A stretch of DNA of 64,000 nt. Source: Tubulanus polymorphus (lineage: Eukaryota; Animalia; Nemertea). The stretch lies in contig NC_134026.1 of the NCBI RefSeq assembly GCF_964204645.1, forward strand, positions 29,918,150 through 29,982,149, read 5' to 3'. The notes under the pieces are model-generated. The model had not been told where the DNA came from. It saw only the letters and a list, made by a program, of their open reading frames with translations, and did not search any database. Below are positions 13,950 to 28,300 of this stretch, in pieces. A program made the position numbers and the translations under genes. How positions within the stretch are numbered: the first letter of the stretch is position 1; each line of letters opens with the position of its first letter.

Positions 13950-15370
13950 AAATTCTAGTTGTCCAGTAAAAATGATGTTAATGAAAATGAAATTTAGAAC
14001 GTTAAGTTAATACTAAGCTTAGGATGACTTTGTAGGATTTGTCTCTAGTTTGAAAGCTTTTATGTTACACTGTTTTTCAATACAGTTCATTTGTTTTTGG
14101 TTTTTCTTGTAATTTTCTTGTATTACGCTCTAATTGTCATGTAAATGACCTGAGTTTATCGTAAATAAAGTAAAGTAAAGTAAAGTTAACTAGGAACTTA
14201 CATGATAGTTCCTCGAGTCATTCCTGTCATTGAGCAAGGTTTTTGTCATGAGAATAAAATGACACATACGTGTTCATTATTCATGGTCAAACTTTTCAAT
14301 TGTTTAGTTAAGTTTATATCAACTATCAAACTTAGGTCCTATCGAATAAAGAGGAGCAGTTTCTTTTTATAAATGAGGATTTATCAACAGTGTTGATTAG
14401 TAAATTGTCCTGTTTTGATTGTCGGTTTTACAATGGCTATATATAGTATATTTATTTTTCATAACTCCTACATATGATGTTGGACAGGTTTTACGTGCAC
14501 TATATGGTTATGGAGGATCCTGTACTAGCCAGCTGGCAGTGCTTAGACCATGTGCATGGTGCATATATATATGGGCCTGATTCAAATCTGCGCAAGAAGC
14601 ATTTCAAGTATCGAAAAAAGTTATAGATAATTCTAGATATCTCAGCAATCAGTTGTTTGTAATTTTACCTAGCTATATTCAAGTGGATAGTTGAACAATA
14701 TCTATATGATGTTACTCAATATATCTTTATTAAAGTACCTTCCAAATACTTTGCATTAAACGTACCAATGTGGAGAAAACGTTGATGATGTTTGAAAATC
14801 TCAGGCTAAGTTGGAAAAACTCTAGTTATCTTGTAAAATAATGTTAATGAAAATGAAAATAAAGATTGATTAGTTAATCTCAAGCTTTCCAGAATGAATC
14901 TGTAGGTTTTATTAGTTTTAATGCTTTTATGTTGAACTGTTTTTCGAATACAGTTCACTTGTTAACGAAGAACTTACAAATTCCTCGAATACAAAGCAAA
15001 GTTTGCAAAATTTTCTTATAAAAATAATGTTAATGAAATGAAATTGGAGATTGATTATTTGAGAGAGTGAAATTGTTGTTTTATGTTCAGTTTTAATGTT
15101 TATATGTTGGAGATATGGTATGCAATTTATTTGTATAAACAGAATATCCTAAATCTCTCTTACATTATTTGAATAGTTGATATGATTGAATGCTTCATAT
15201 TTCATGAAATAGCCAAGTGTCACCTATGCCCGGTGACATCATGAACTGTCAAATTAATAATCTGCCGGCCGGGTCAACTTTTAGGAGTAAAAATGTAAAT
15301 CAGATTGATTACTTAAAATCTTACGCTTTCCAGAGTATATGGCCAGGTTTATCTCTGGTTTTAGTGCGGG
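13950..15370. repeat. Degenerate local duplication (3-4 diverged copies of a ~150-bp AT-rich unit) upstream of DOCK
   Basis: TAAAAATRATGTTAATGAAAATGAAA...CTTTTATGTT..ACTGTTTTT..ATACAGTTCA recurs near 13965, 14835 and 15020, and partially near 15290. Confidence 0.55.
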
Positions 15371-18300
15371 GAGCCATGGACTCTTACAGTTTAAGAGTCC
15401 ATGGTTGGGCCATAGACGTTTTTGTTTTATAGTCTATATGGTTGGACCATGGATGTATAAACTCTAGTTTATAGTTTATACGTCCATGATTGGATTGTTT
15501 TTGAAATCAGTCCACGTGTTTGAGGAACTTACATTATAATTCCTCGAACCTGGCATTTTGCATACCGGTAATTGTTGTATGAGAATAAAATTGTTTGAAA
15601 TTCTTTGTTTATTTAATTGGCTACTTTGAACTTTGTTAGTTCACCAGTCAGCGGTTTTTTATTATCTTGCAATCCACCACTTTTTTCAACCCAATATCCC
15701 CCATGATAATGCAATTATATCAATGGCAATACAGCTTACCACTTTAAACCGGACACGCTGACACTTGTTGACCGGTTAGAAGCGACTGTTGAGCTGCCGA
15801 AGAGTATTACGAAATTAGCAATCTTTTTGATTGTCACTATAGCCATCAGGGGCGGATCCAGACCGTATTAGCCGTATTGCCCAATACGGTCTAAAATTTA
15901 AAACGCCCATCGAGATTCCTCGGCAATATTTTTTGACGGCATATAAATTTCACCACCCCGGGTCCCGCTAATTTGATATAATGTCCACTGATGATCGGTT
16001 TGATTTTTATATGCAGAAGCAGAGTCCTGAATAGAAAACTTTGCCTTTGAAGGGGGTACCCAGTATACCGTGATAGCACTTTTTGGTCCGAAAGTTTATT
16101 TTCCTTGAACTTTTGTGTTAAAATTAAAAGATAGTGTCGTAGACTGGTTGCCTAGAAGATAGAGACCGGCAACCAGTCTCGGTCTATCGATGTATATGCG
16201 CATGTGCGAAGCATTTATAGCGAATAACGAGTGACGTTGTCCCGCAGGTATTCCGTAGGATGGAGAACATGCGCACGACAAGCAAAACTGGATGGCAGAA
16301 ACCTCTTGTGAAAAAAATCGCCTCGTGGATGTTAGAAGAGCGAGAAAGCTCGATATCATCCATGAACCTATTGCATTAAACAAACCAAGTTACCGAATTT
16401 TATTTCTTTCACTGCAACAAATACATATCTTGATTTTAACCAAATGGCTTAATAATTCTAGATCTATCTAAGCGAGGATTCACCTGTCATTTTACATGCA
16501 TCTAGTCGGCTGGGTGCATGTTTGAATCTGCCATCGGGTAGATGCGCTTACTTTACGGCGTATCGGGCAATCATTATCAAACGACGTAAATATAATTAAC
16601 TGATCTTTTCACAACTCGATATTATATATGACAAACGCAGTTTTCCTCTCTTTGATTCTGGCCTCAGGCTCTCGATAAAAAAAAGAACGTCTCGCCACCA
16701 AATCATAGACAGCTTCTGAAACCGCAATAAAAGAATCAAAATGATGACACGTCGATCCACGGCTGAACAGCGACATCATTCAAGCGAAGGATTCAGTCAC
16801 AATCGACGTTTAAGTGCATGAAGCTTTACACAAACAAACCGAACGAGACGTTGCATTTACGTTGATTAGGTCAAATCAACGAACGCTACTCGTGATGCGG
16901 ACAAAACTAAATATACGACAACTCTCAATCAAACTCGCCATCAACAAACTTACAGGACCAATTTGTTCCTCATTGATATCAGCTGAGAATCGGGAAATTC
17001 AATTGGAAACCTTGGAAACGATGAAATTTGATAAACCACCGGTGTGGATCAGTTTTGACGTGTTTTGCCGATAAAAGAAGAAAGCTGCCGTCCGGGTTTC
17101 AACTGTTTACACAGTTTTGTAACATTATTTTCATTTCAAAACGAGTAGTTTGGTGATACATCAGCGTCACACAATAATGAGCAGGTATTATAATGAAATA
17201 AGACAATAGAAATAATTTCAAAATTACAGTCAACAATGACGCGCAATAATTATTATTTTCTCCACAAATTACATTCTTGGATTTTGATGAACGAATTTAA
17301 ATTCTTGTTTTGAATGACTTTTTTTACAATTGGTATTGAGATCACTGATTGGTTTAATATCAATAGCAAAATAACAGTTGATACTCTATGAATACAAAGC
17401 AATCTATAAGCGACGCCGGCGCGAACACTGTGTTCAAATTATCAAAACGAATTCTTCGGTGTACATGTTATTAGAAATGAACTGGATCGTGTTTGACAAG
17501 TTTGCAACGTTGCAATGGATCATCTAATACACCTTCTCGGTTTGATTACGTAATGCGTTAGATACATGATACAGAAGCTGATTAGCAATTAATCATCGAT
17601 CGATTTATTGCGATTAGAAACGGGATCTTATTTAATACATGTGGAAACATATAAACCGTATAGATGGCACATGCGGGGATAAAGATTATTGTCGTTTCTC
17701 TGACGCATCGTAGATATATTTGTGATATTCGCGTTTTGCTCATCCATCGGAAAATATTAACAAAAACACAAACGATTTTATAATTCTTCAGCAATATTCT
17801 AAAAGTTGCGCACAGCATCCTCGGAACATGTCCTTGTTGTTTCACGACATTCATCATTGTTTGACTGCGGGTAATTTATGTACACTATAAACGGCCTGTG
17901 AACCGATTCCTACAATACAAATTCAAACGATATCAAATTCTCGAAAATTCCGAATTAGAAACACATTCGAATTTGTATCAGACCCGCAATTCAATCATTA
18001 CACAACGTTGAATCGCTTACCGTCATGTTACTGGTTATTTTCTGCGACGAGGGTTCAATTCCATTCCGCGGCGATGATTTTCCTGTAAAAATTTAAGTTT
18101 GCATTAATCTGAATATCAGACGATATCGTATTACCCCCACCTGGTAACCCCCAAGCCTGGCCCACCATCCTTGATTCGGAACAACGACTACCTCTCTAGA
18201 GCTTTTATGATTACTTAGATTTATAAAAGGTGATATTGACTCAAAAAACATATATTCACCAATTTTCAATATTTTGAACCTTTTTGATGATGCCTGTAAT

Positions 18301-18381
18301 GGTCAATGATACGTGATCGTTATGTAGGAATTTCACTAGGAGTGTTGATTTTATTGGGCCGATATAAGAGAAATAAATGTT

Positions 18382-19326
18382 TCATACCATCGTGCTCTCG
18401 AAGGCTCTGTTTCCCCATAGATTTCTCAGGAGATTAGCTTTAATAACATTATTGTTCATTCGTTCCAAGCTTTCGTCAGAACTTCCACTACTGATGTCCA
18501 CTTCTCTCTTGCCTCCCCCGTTCGCGCACCCGTGAAACGCGTTACAGAACGGCCGTTTTCTGGCGACCGGTTGCGCACGACTAGCCTCCAATAATTTAAT
18601 CATTTTGCGAATATTTCGCTCGGTGTTTGAACGTTTGCTGGCGCCATTACCGCAGCCGTAAAACGCGTTACAGAATGCTCGTTTCTTCTTCGTTTTTGTC
18701 GCGTCTATCGACGATGATCTCGATGACGATGGAGACATCACTCGCGCAATCGCTCGCGATATTAACAGTTTTTTATTCTCGCTACTTGTCCGTTTTCTTT
18801 TTCCATACTGACCGTTACCGCAGCCATAAAACGAATTACAAAACGGGCGCTTGGATCGAGTCCTATCGTTATCTTGTACGTGTTGATTGACTTTTTGTAT
18901 TAGATCAAACGTGTCTACCTCTCTGCTATCGTCCCGTAGAGTTGTCGTCTGCGGAATTTCCTGAAAATTTTTTTAGAAAATAACTTTTGATAACAAATGG
19001 TTTCTCGAGTTCATGCAATCTTATCTAATCAATCAGACCTCTGTCCTATCTACAAAAACTATTAATATGAAAAAACTCATTCTAACGGTTAAAATAGTTA
19101 AGGAAAGGTTACTTTCTATTGAGTAAGTCTTATAACCTAGTATAGTCGTTTTTGTGAACAACACGAACTCTAGATATAAGTTGCTAGTCTTCACATATTA
19201 CTTGTGATAAAAGAAAAATACATTTACGATAACCTGATTGGTTTTCTTTCTTACCTCTTCAAATAAAACTTGAGACAATGTACTAGTCACTGCTACTAAT
19301 AAACATAAATATGTCTGTACCAACAT
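18382..19326 (-). CDS. CCAP: CCAP-type (crustacean cardioactive peptide family) neuropeptide precursor, about 216 aa, three peptide copies
   Basis: Coding exon 19255-19326 gives signal peptide MLVQTYLCLLVAVTSTLS. Exon 18382-18960 contains KR-PFCNSFYGCGNGQY-GKR, KR-AFCNAFYGCGNGAS-KR and KR-PFCNAFHGCANGG-GKR, matching CCAP PFCNAFTGC. Confidence 0.92.
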
Positions 19327-22300
19327 TGCTCCACGACTGCAGATCAGTTCCGTTACAATTTTCCTTTTTCACTCAAAAGCTGAAATATGAACAAACATTA
19401 TTATGATATATATTCAATTGAAAATCTAACATCTTTTTATTTGAAAACGAATAGAAACTAAGTCCACCTGTAACAGAAGCAATGTTTTATGGACATGCAG
19501 TATTCCTTCGAGATGACGTTTATTGTTATAAATTGCATGCGATATGGATTGTCTGATTGTCTGATTGTCTCTGTCTCTTGCGCAGTCATTGAATCACACA
19601 TAACACGGACTATGGAGAAAATCTCAAGCGATGAACTATAAATGAAGGTCAACACTTTTTATTGGAACGAACAAATTTAGTTATGCGGCGGCTGGAAGAA
19701 CTGAGATATGAAGTGTCTGCAGTTACCGTGAAATATCGCTCTCATTTTATTCCAGATCGACTCTCGATAGTAAGAGAGCGGAAATAGAAAATACTGAATT
19801 TTCTTTCATTAACAGCTAGGAGATATTTTAAACCGGATTCCGCCATTGTTTGCGATATCTTTTTATGTATTAGAATTGATACGAACTCTTTCCGTAGCGG
19901 AATGTTTTCGAAGGAAATTAACATGACGGCGTCGAAAAGGCGAAATATTAATGCTTTCCCATCATGCCTCGTCCCAGTCCTGCTGGTCATAGAAACAACG
20001 TGAATAACTATAGCTTCTAACGAGACGCCAGAAATTGCCTGGCAATACAATTTAAGGCGGTACCTCGCGTTTGGTGCGGTCTAATGATGTTTGAAACAAA
20101 TTTGGGTATAAAGTAGTAATTGGGCTTTGGCCAGGAGGTAAATCAAAAGATTTGCGATTGTCAGAGAACGTATTAAGAGAATCTTTGAGTGGCGAAATGT
20201 ATCGATGGTCCAGCGATAGTTTAAACTGTCGGACCGGTTCTGTCGATCCGTGGCATATTAAATAAGCCATATTATGCATAATTATTACATACCCATTGTG
20301 TTTATATAGAGTTTTGCTGATAACTAAAATAGATTTAGATATTTCCTAAAGTATACGATATCAGAAGTATATTTTATTGATTTTAGTATCTTTGAATTGA
20401 GATAGTATTGACACGCCTGTAGAATCGAAGGAGCCTACCGACAGCAAAATAATAAATGATTTTGAGCGGGTGTTGAGTCTATAAAAGAGTTGAAAGCTAG
20501 ATCGATACCTGTTTTTTTTAACCCGCCGATGCGAGTTTGACGCTCGTCGTACAATTAGCCAGCTTCAACCTCGGTACCGACTTCTACCACAAATAAAAAT
20601 ATTTTCTTCCATTTCGTGAATACATCTACTCATTGATTCCCGATACTGATAATGACTTATGATTCATTATATTGCCTTCCACCGGCCAACTCCCGTCGGA
20701 TTGAGTGAAAACAAACGATTTATCAATAAATCGAACAAAAGGACGATCGAGAGAATGATTTGAAACGACAAATTGGTAATCACGCGAGGTTCACCCCGAC
20801 CAACGAGAAAATAACTATATAATTTCAAATCTATAACACGGTGTATGCCTCTCAATTTTGAATATTCTTGTTTCAGTTGCACAGTCCTATTTTCAATGTT
20901 TTCATCCTAATCAAATTTTAATGAAGAGCTACAGAATTTACTTTTGCTTAATAGAAAATAAATCAATTCATAAAAGTTACTCGAGAAGAAAGAAGTCACG
21001 GGTATATGCACGCGCTGTCAATGTGTAGCCGATTGAGGCTGTATATATCTGGGCATTGCCAAAAACGCATGTAACCACTGATCATGAGCTAACTGTCTGT
21101 AAAATTCCCTAAACGATGGTTCATTACAGATTGTCTGTTAGACTATGTGTAACCCGATAGAATCGTTAAATAAGCCCGGGCAGCAAAAACAAGCTGTATC
21201 TCACAAACTGAATTATCTACCGACGAAAAATAAAATGGGACCCTCCGCTTGATCTAGCGCGGTGAACCAAAGTTTGGTTTGTAAGCTGATAGAACTTGAT
21301 GACGGGAAACGTTTAGACTTAGTCAAATCACTGCCTTGTATTTCTGTAGAAATTTTTCCAAAATGTCCAATCCGTCTCATATATAATGTTTGCGTAAATT
21401 TCAAAACGACAAAATCTATTAAATAGTGACGCCGTGCTTCCGGTTCCAGGTTGCTTTATCGGCGTTATTTGATTCATAATTGATGAATAAATTCAAGTTG
21501 TCTGCGGCAGAAAAAAACACTGTAGATGTGTTAGATGAAATAGATAATCCCCATTAGATGTATACGTACATGTACAAATGCGCAAATTAGAAAGTAATTT
21601 ATATGATTCAAATGGTTTGGAATGAAATACGTGTCTATATACAATTACATTTACGGATAAGTCTTACCAGTTTAGAAATAGGCGGAATTATTCTATCCTA
21701 ACAGTTGCATCTTTCACTCAGTATCAACAAACAATATACCCTTTGATTAAACGCTATGACTATTTTATTGGTTCTACGGTCGACTGTAGCAAGCGAGGAT
21801 CAACCAGGATCGCTAGTGTGCATTCGGACAACGATGCCGACTTTCTTCTGAAATTACTCAAATTCTATGAATGATGAATTAAAATCGCGCGCTATGAATC
21901 CTAAAGAATAATGTGAGTTTATCTAGAGTCACAATTTGTGTAATTTCTAATGTGGGAGGCTAAAAATCTAGATGAAACTAACATTGAAAATGAAGTAAAT
22001 TTTGATCTAGTCCTATTGATGCGCACGCCATCTAGTGGGGTAGCTTGCGGCACGGGGATTAGAGTCTTTCTTTTTTACTAATTGCAGAATGAGTTCAGTT
22101 GTTTGTTGAATCTGCATTTGAATATAACCTGTTATACCTTGGCCTTACAGGTTGGCCAGAGGGTAAAGAAGGATCACAATAGCGTATCTAACATAGATAT
22201 GTTTTAACGATATTATGGATGGTATCACGTCACATGTTGTAAGCGCTGCTTCTAGGAATTCTGAATTTAACCAATGCGGGGGCTTCTTTGACTCAAAAAA

Positions 22301-25300
22301 GCCATATGAATTCCTCGAGGCAAGTAACCTTCTGTAATATCATAAGCCGTCGTGAATGACAAATAATCAGATAATTATTTTCTCTGGAATCAGATTTTCT
22401 ATAGCCACGGGAATTTTGTACTTTTAAATGGTAATATTTGCAACAGTGACCAAAGATTTCGAATCTGAAAATGTTCCGACGACAGAAGGAAATGCGATTG
22501 GACTAAGAATATTAAGCCTTTATAACGAGTCCCAGTTGCATGTGATGAAGCGTGATGTTTGACTCAGTAATAGGTTACGGGGGCTATGCTGCCGCCGATA
22601 CACAGTAAATCAGTTGTTGATTTGAATACATTCAGAAATATTAATTAAGTAAGTAGTGAATATTGATTAGGCGCAAGCATAATTGACGTCAAACGCTACT
22701 GCTGTTAAACACATAGATACTTGCGACGTAGATTTGTTGCAATGAGATCCACTTAGAATGGTTTGAATAGGAATTTCGAAAGAAGTTTGTGGTCTAATAT
22801 CGACAGCGGGCTTCGGACTTACAGTCTAGTATGGCAAGTCGGTGATGTTTGACCTTAACAGGAATAGTTAACATCTTTAGCACACATCAAGTCTTCGTTA
22901 AGCACCCGGTCCACTAATGATATTTTGTACATCGACGTGGCAGGTTTTCATTACTTTTGGCCGGACGCCTTCCAACATAATTCCTGGATACAGTCCATAT
23001 GAGCAGAAAATGGGCCGATAATGAACTAAATAAATCAACAGCACAGCTATCTCTATACATGTATATAGGCATATAGATCGTTGTGTGATATTTAGTGGAC
23101 ATCCATCCTATTATTTACAGGTTACTGAATGTTGAGTTGCTGATCCGATGAAAGATTACAGTTGTTTATGCACTACGAAAGTAGTTGTTCCATTATTTTT
23201 CACCTGGCTGAAGAAATATGTATGAAGAGAATCCATTAGGTAGAGATGTGATGACACATTTCGATATTCACCTGGGGTTAGCCTACATTTTATACAAGTA
23301 CCTATACGTATCTATCACTTAAGCAATTTCACATCAAACTGCTAACATATCAAATATATTCTAGACACACCACATTCACTGTAGCAGTTATTTCATTCAG
23401 TCGGTTTTACTCGTGGTTTTGGGCGTTGTGCTAGACGGTTCAACATCAATAATGATTTGTCGTTGAGTTCCTATCATCACCAAGTGACAAGAGCCCTTGT
23501 CTTAATTGATGCATGACCAGAAACATCAGTGAACAGGAAATACTGAACGCTACGTTAAGTTTGCTCTTTTACCACTGAATGATACACGATTTATTTTACA
23601 TATGTATTTTTCGGTTTGATTTGAAATTAATGAAGTTGTCGTTAATCAAATGGTTTTTAGAGGATGCAAATTTTCTTCTTATTTATCGGCAACAAAAAAT
23701 AGATAATGCATCATGTTCCTACTAAGCAACCATATTCAGTGATCAAATACATGAAAACGGGAAAAAACCTGTCGTATGCTATATAGAAATGTATTCGTGA
23801 AATGATCATCAGAATGATGAAACACTTATCAAAGAAATTCTTCATCAGATTTATTCGAGTTTACGTCACCAACACTTTTAGACTGAATGCCTAATTCTAG
23901 TAGAGAGTGGTTGAATTAATAGAAGGCATTTCTAAAAAAAAAACTCCTTATTCAGACAAATTCTCTTTGAATGTAAGGTTCATTTGTTTCCGAATAGAAG
24001 CTTTATATGCGCATTGCACGGTCAGACTGTTGGAAATCGAGTCCGCAGTGAATGGTAGCAATTAGTTAGCGCTTTACCTCAATTCGCGGTAAATCTGGCT
24101 ATATTAGGCCTCAGCAGTCATTAGCTAACTCCCGTAAGAATACTAAATATTCAGCCATTCGTCTCAGATTAGTGTACTTTTCCACTTAAGATCCGAATTA
24201 ATATGTATTATCAATGTATTGAAATCTCTACACGAGACATGATATAGATGGGAAAGTTAATGAAGTAGTGAGAATAAGTGGGAATGTGTCGCTCTATGTT
24301 GATTCTATCGTATCTCATTTAACAAACGAGATGACGAACTGTCATTAAGGTAACGCACAGAAAAACGAATAATCTCCATAAATTAGTGTTTTATTGTCCA
24401 TAGTTTCCCTAATCTATAAAGTGTAAAGGCTTAGATATTCAAACGACTCGTTTATGATAAGTTTAGGGGATAGTCTCTAAACGTATCCCAATTTGCAGCA
24501 GGAGCCATTATCCTGGCGGAATTACGCATCGTGAAAGTTTGTCTCGGTCCGTAATAAGTTTTCAACAATTTTTTCTTATTTGATATTTTTTGTTGGAAAC
24601 AGGGACTGTTCGACACGAAGGCTATGATGATGATATTATACCGGTGCCCCGGGGTGTGTGCTAATTAAAAGCAAATTACGCCTATAAAGTAAAGCACTTT
24701 TTGTCACTGACCTCGCTTCAACGTATCGAGTCTTCACTGTACACGCGATCATGTTATTTTATTGAGCCATCATCTCTAATATATCATTCAATAATGAAAT
24801 TATGATAGCTAATTACGAGCGATATTGTAAAGGCTGTTTTTAAAAGTGCGTATACGTCTGAGAAACAGTAGGAAGACGTCGTCGTTAAAGAGTACGTGGC
24901 TTGAAAGCATCACGAAACGGCTTTAAAAATCGGGAGAAATTTAGAAAAGGTTTAAATTGAAGGTGTGTCTGCTGGATGCGAGGGTGCTAGCAGGGAATCG
25001 CATTATCTGAGAATTAAGTTAAACGCTTCCAAGCAAATAACATTCGAGTTACAGATACCTGATGGTATACTGAGAGCCGCGCAACTCATTTTTAGAATAA
25101 ACCGCTGAAATTAACGAGTTTAATGCGATCTACCCCGGGCAAATCATAGTCTCAGTACTGCCACCAGAACATAATTTTATCAAGACATTTCATTCTGAAG
25201 TAGATACAGTTAGAGATAATGAAAGACTTTGAGCCACCAACACTCACTAGTATAACTGTCTCTTCTAGTTCACTAATATCTCTTTATGTCATTTGAGATT

Positions 25301-28300
25301 TATGATATTTTCATTGCATCGCCTACGTATTTTGTTTTCAATATCTATTATTTGTGAAACATTTGTCCTGAGCATATAGAGTTTTCTTTATGAATATCCG
25401 CGAATAAGACTCGCTAGTTGAATTGTATGTGAAATAAATGTTATTCTAGTCCCTGTTTAAGATTATGATACATAGTGTTTAGAACTATGATGTCAGGTCG
25501 GTTAATCTGACAGTCACTAATATTAATGATGCCCTTCTGTACAAGTAAAACCAGCGTCTTGCGAATCGTTGATATTGCGAGAATCACCGGGGCTTTTTCT
25601 GTATTATACAATAACCAGTGAACTCCTTCAATGTCACGTTATAGTTTACCGAAACCCCTGATGTTATATTCTGCGTGACGAATGAACATGTGTGACGATT
25701 GAAATAAATAATTCAATTATTCATTCAAATATATAGCAACGACGACGTCACTGTGACGTAATGTTACATATCTCGATGTGGATCGTGGGTAAAGAGTTCA
25801 GAGAAAAGCGAAAACAGTAAAAATCTCTTTTACTAAATGAGACTGATGTGAAAAATACTGATTTTCCGAGAATCTCTGAATCCAAAGAGTTCCACAAAGG
25901 CAGGAGGCAACAGATTGGAAGCAACGTGCGCCAAATGTTTTAAGACGTTAGGAGTGTAGGGATTAAATATTGCCTGCCTGGGTAAGGAGTGGACAAGGAG
26001 CTACATTTTTAGACATTTTTTGCTTCCTTATTGATTTCTACGACATGAACAATTTGGATCCTCCGGAAATAGCGTAAACTACTGGAACCAGATGTGTGTT
26101 ATGTTTGACTCTAGAGTTAAACAGCTGATTTCAAAGTTTAACTGTTGAATCGGGTCCAGATTATGAAATGTTGTTCGTCATTTTGTAACGGGAAGGTGGG
26201 AGAGCGTGTATCAATATGTTTATGGTCTATTTGTGTAAACTGTAAAGGTCCCACTGGCGTCGACCCTTAGGAGGAAATAATCACCAGTCAAAAAGATTAC
26301 ATTTCACACGGAACATCATACTGTCGTTTTATTGCTGTTTCAGTATGTGTTTGCCCTAAGATAAACTGTAGCACATGTATGGAGCCTTTAAACCACGTGC
26401 TGAAAATATCAATCGTAAAGAACCTGGGTATTCGACGTTCAAGACGATTTTTAGTCCGATCAAAACATAAAGAACGCGGTGAATATTTACTGATTCGATA
26501 TACTTCATATTTATCGAATTTATTGCACTCCCTCCTGATGCAAGAACTTCTTCATGAAAGACTAATGAAATTCTGAACACCCCAGACTCGATTCGTTTGG
26601 AGATTACCACATGTTACGAGCGGTATACACCAATAACGTCTTTTGTTCTCTGAATTTTTTGTAACTTTAATTTATTTTGATTAATTGCCAGTAATCAATG
26701 GCGATTAATTCATCGTTAAATCAAACCCCCAGTGATTTATTAGCTAAAAATTAACCAACGGGTATAAATAGAGTTGGCAGCATTGACCTAAAGTGACTTT
26801 TAAGTATAATTACTAGTAAATGTGCAGATACTGCGAAGATAATGTCAGTTTCAAATTACATCGTATCTTCTACTACAATTTTATATCTACATCTGATGGA
26901 AATATCAAATTACCTTAGTCAACATTTGAAATGGAGATTTAATAATCATTCATCGTATTTTCAGATGGAAATTTCTCGATGATTGCGTATATATGACAGC
27001 ACCATGTGTGCTGATTTTGTAATATCTGTACGTACATCTTGTTAGGAAAGGTGAACGTGTGAGCGATGTCTATTAAAGGGTCTCGGAGTCTAAAGCTGCG
27101 TGACCATCGAACATTAACCGCAGTGAAGTGACAGGCTATTTTCAAAGAATACCCCATACCACGCGTCTCGGGGAAATAAAATTACGACGAAAATTATTGA
27201 ATCGATGTTTAAAACGCACACCACTGGTTCAGCATCTTCCGGCCAGTGAGCCTTCGGGAAAATGCCTTTTCATACACGTTTTCGATCGTTGCTTTTTCGG
27301 TCGAATCACGAAACTAACTCTCTCGTTAACAGGAAACAAATTTCCTTAATTGACGGTTACGTGGGTTTTAAGTAAGGATAGCTGTGACCACATGCCTGAT
27401 TCTGTGTTATACAAAGTGCGAGGTGCGCTACCCGGTATGTCTCATGTAAATATAGGTTTGAGTGATTGTCACAAATTCTGAGGAGGTTTTAAGCCAGTTC
27501 TATGTATATACGTAGACATACTGAACTATGTGGCGCTTAGTGTCATCATTAAAGCATACATAATTTCAGCTTTATCAAGAACAGATCGATGATGGCTACA
27601 CCCTCGTCGGTTTTTGATAACTTCATGTTTTAGATAAAGTTAAAGGCTTTTAATCCTTTTAATCTTATTACGTAGGCAGGCAAACAGCAAAGCTCATACG
27701 TGTAGAGAAATTGTAAGAGGCTCCTCACAAAAATGTGCGAAAGAAATGACCAAAGTGACCAAACCAAAAACGGACAATTACTATGTGTGTGTCTTCACAC
27801 AATTGCTGAGTGTTTTTTTTCTGAACAGATACGTTACACGGTGGGATATGTGTATGTACATAATTCTGTACTGAAGCGCAGTAATAGTAATAATGAAATA
27901 GTTGACGTTACTCTGTAGGATAATTGGATCTGCAGATGGACACGAGGGAAATGACCATTGATGCTCGGCGTAAAGACTCAATATTCATCGTCGGTTATTG
28001 CGGATTATCCTTCTTATATTTGCTCCTCTCATCAGCTCAAACACCCTCTAAAAGGCTAACCGAATGATGTCATGTGACCATAACGGAGTTATGATATGAC
28101 TTTGAAAAAAATATTTGGGTTACGATGACTTCATATTGGGCAAGGGAACGACGATAGGTTAGTTTTAATAATATAAAAGGAATCACGAACCCGCAGTCTT
28201 ACTAGCATTCATTCATTAGACTGACCGGATTTTGGGGGCGACGTAGATTTGTAATCGTCACGATATCGTGTTAATTTCATAAATGCAGATGGAAACACCG

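Noticed and set aside
15847-16095. CAGGGGCGGATCCAG hAT-like terminus
   Set aside because: The matching right terminus could not be found, so boundaries are unsupported.
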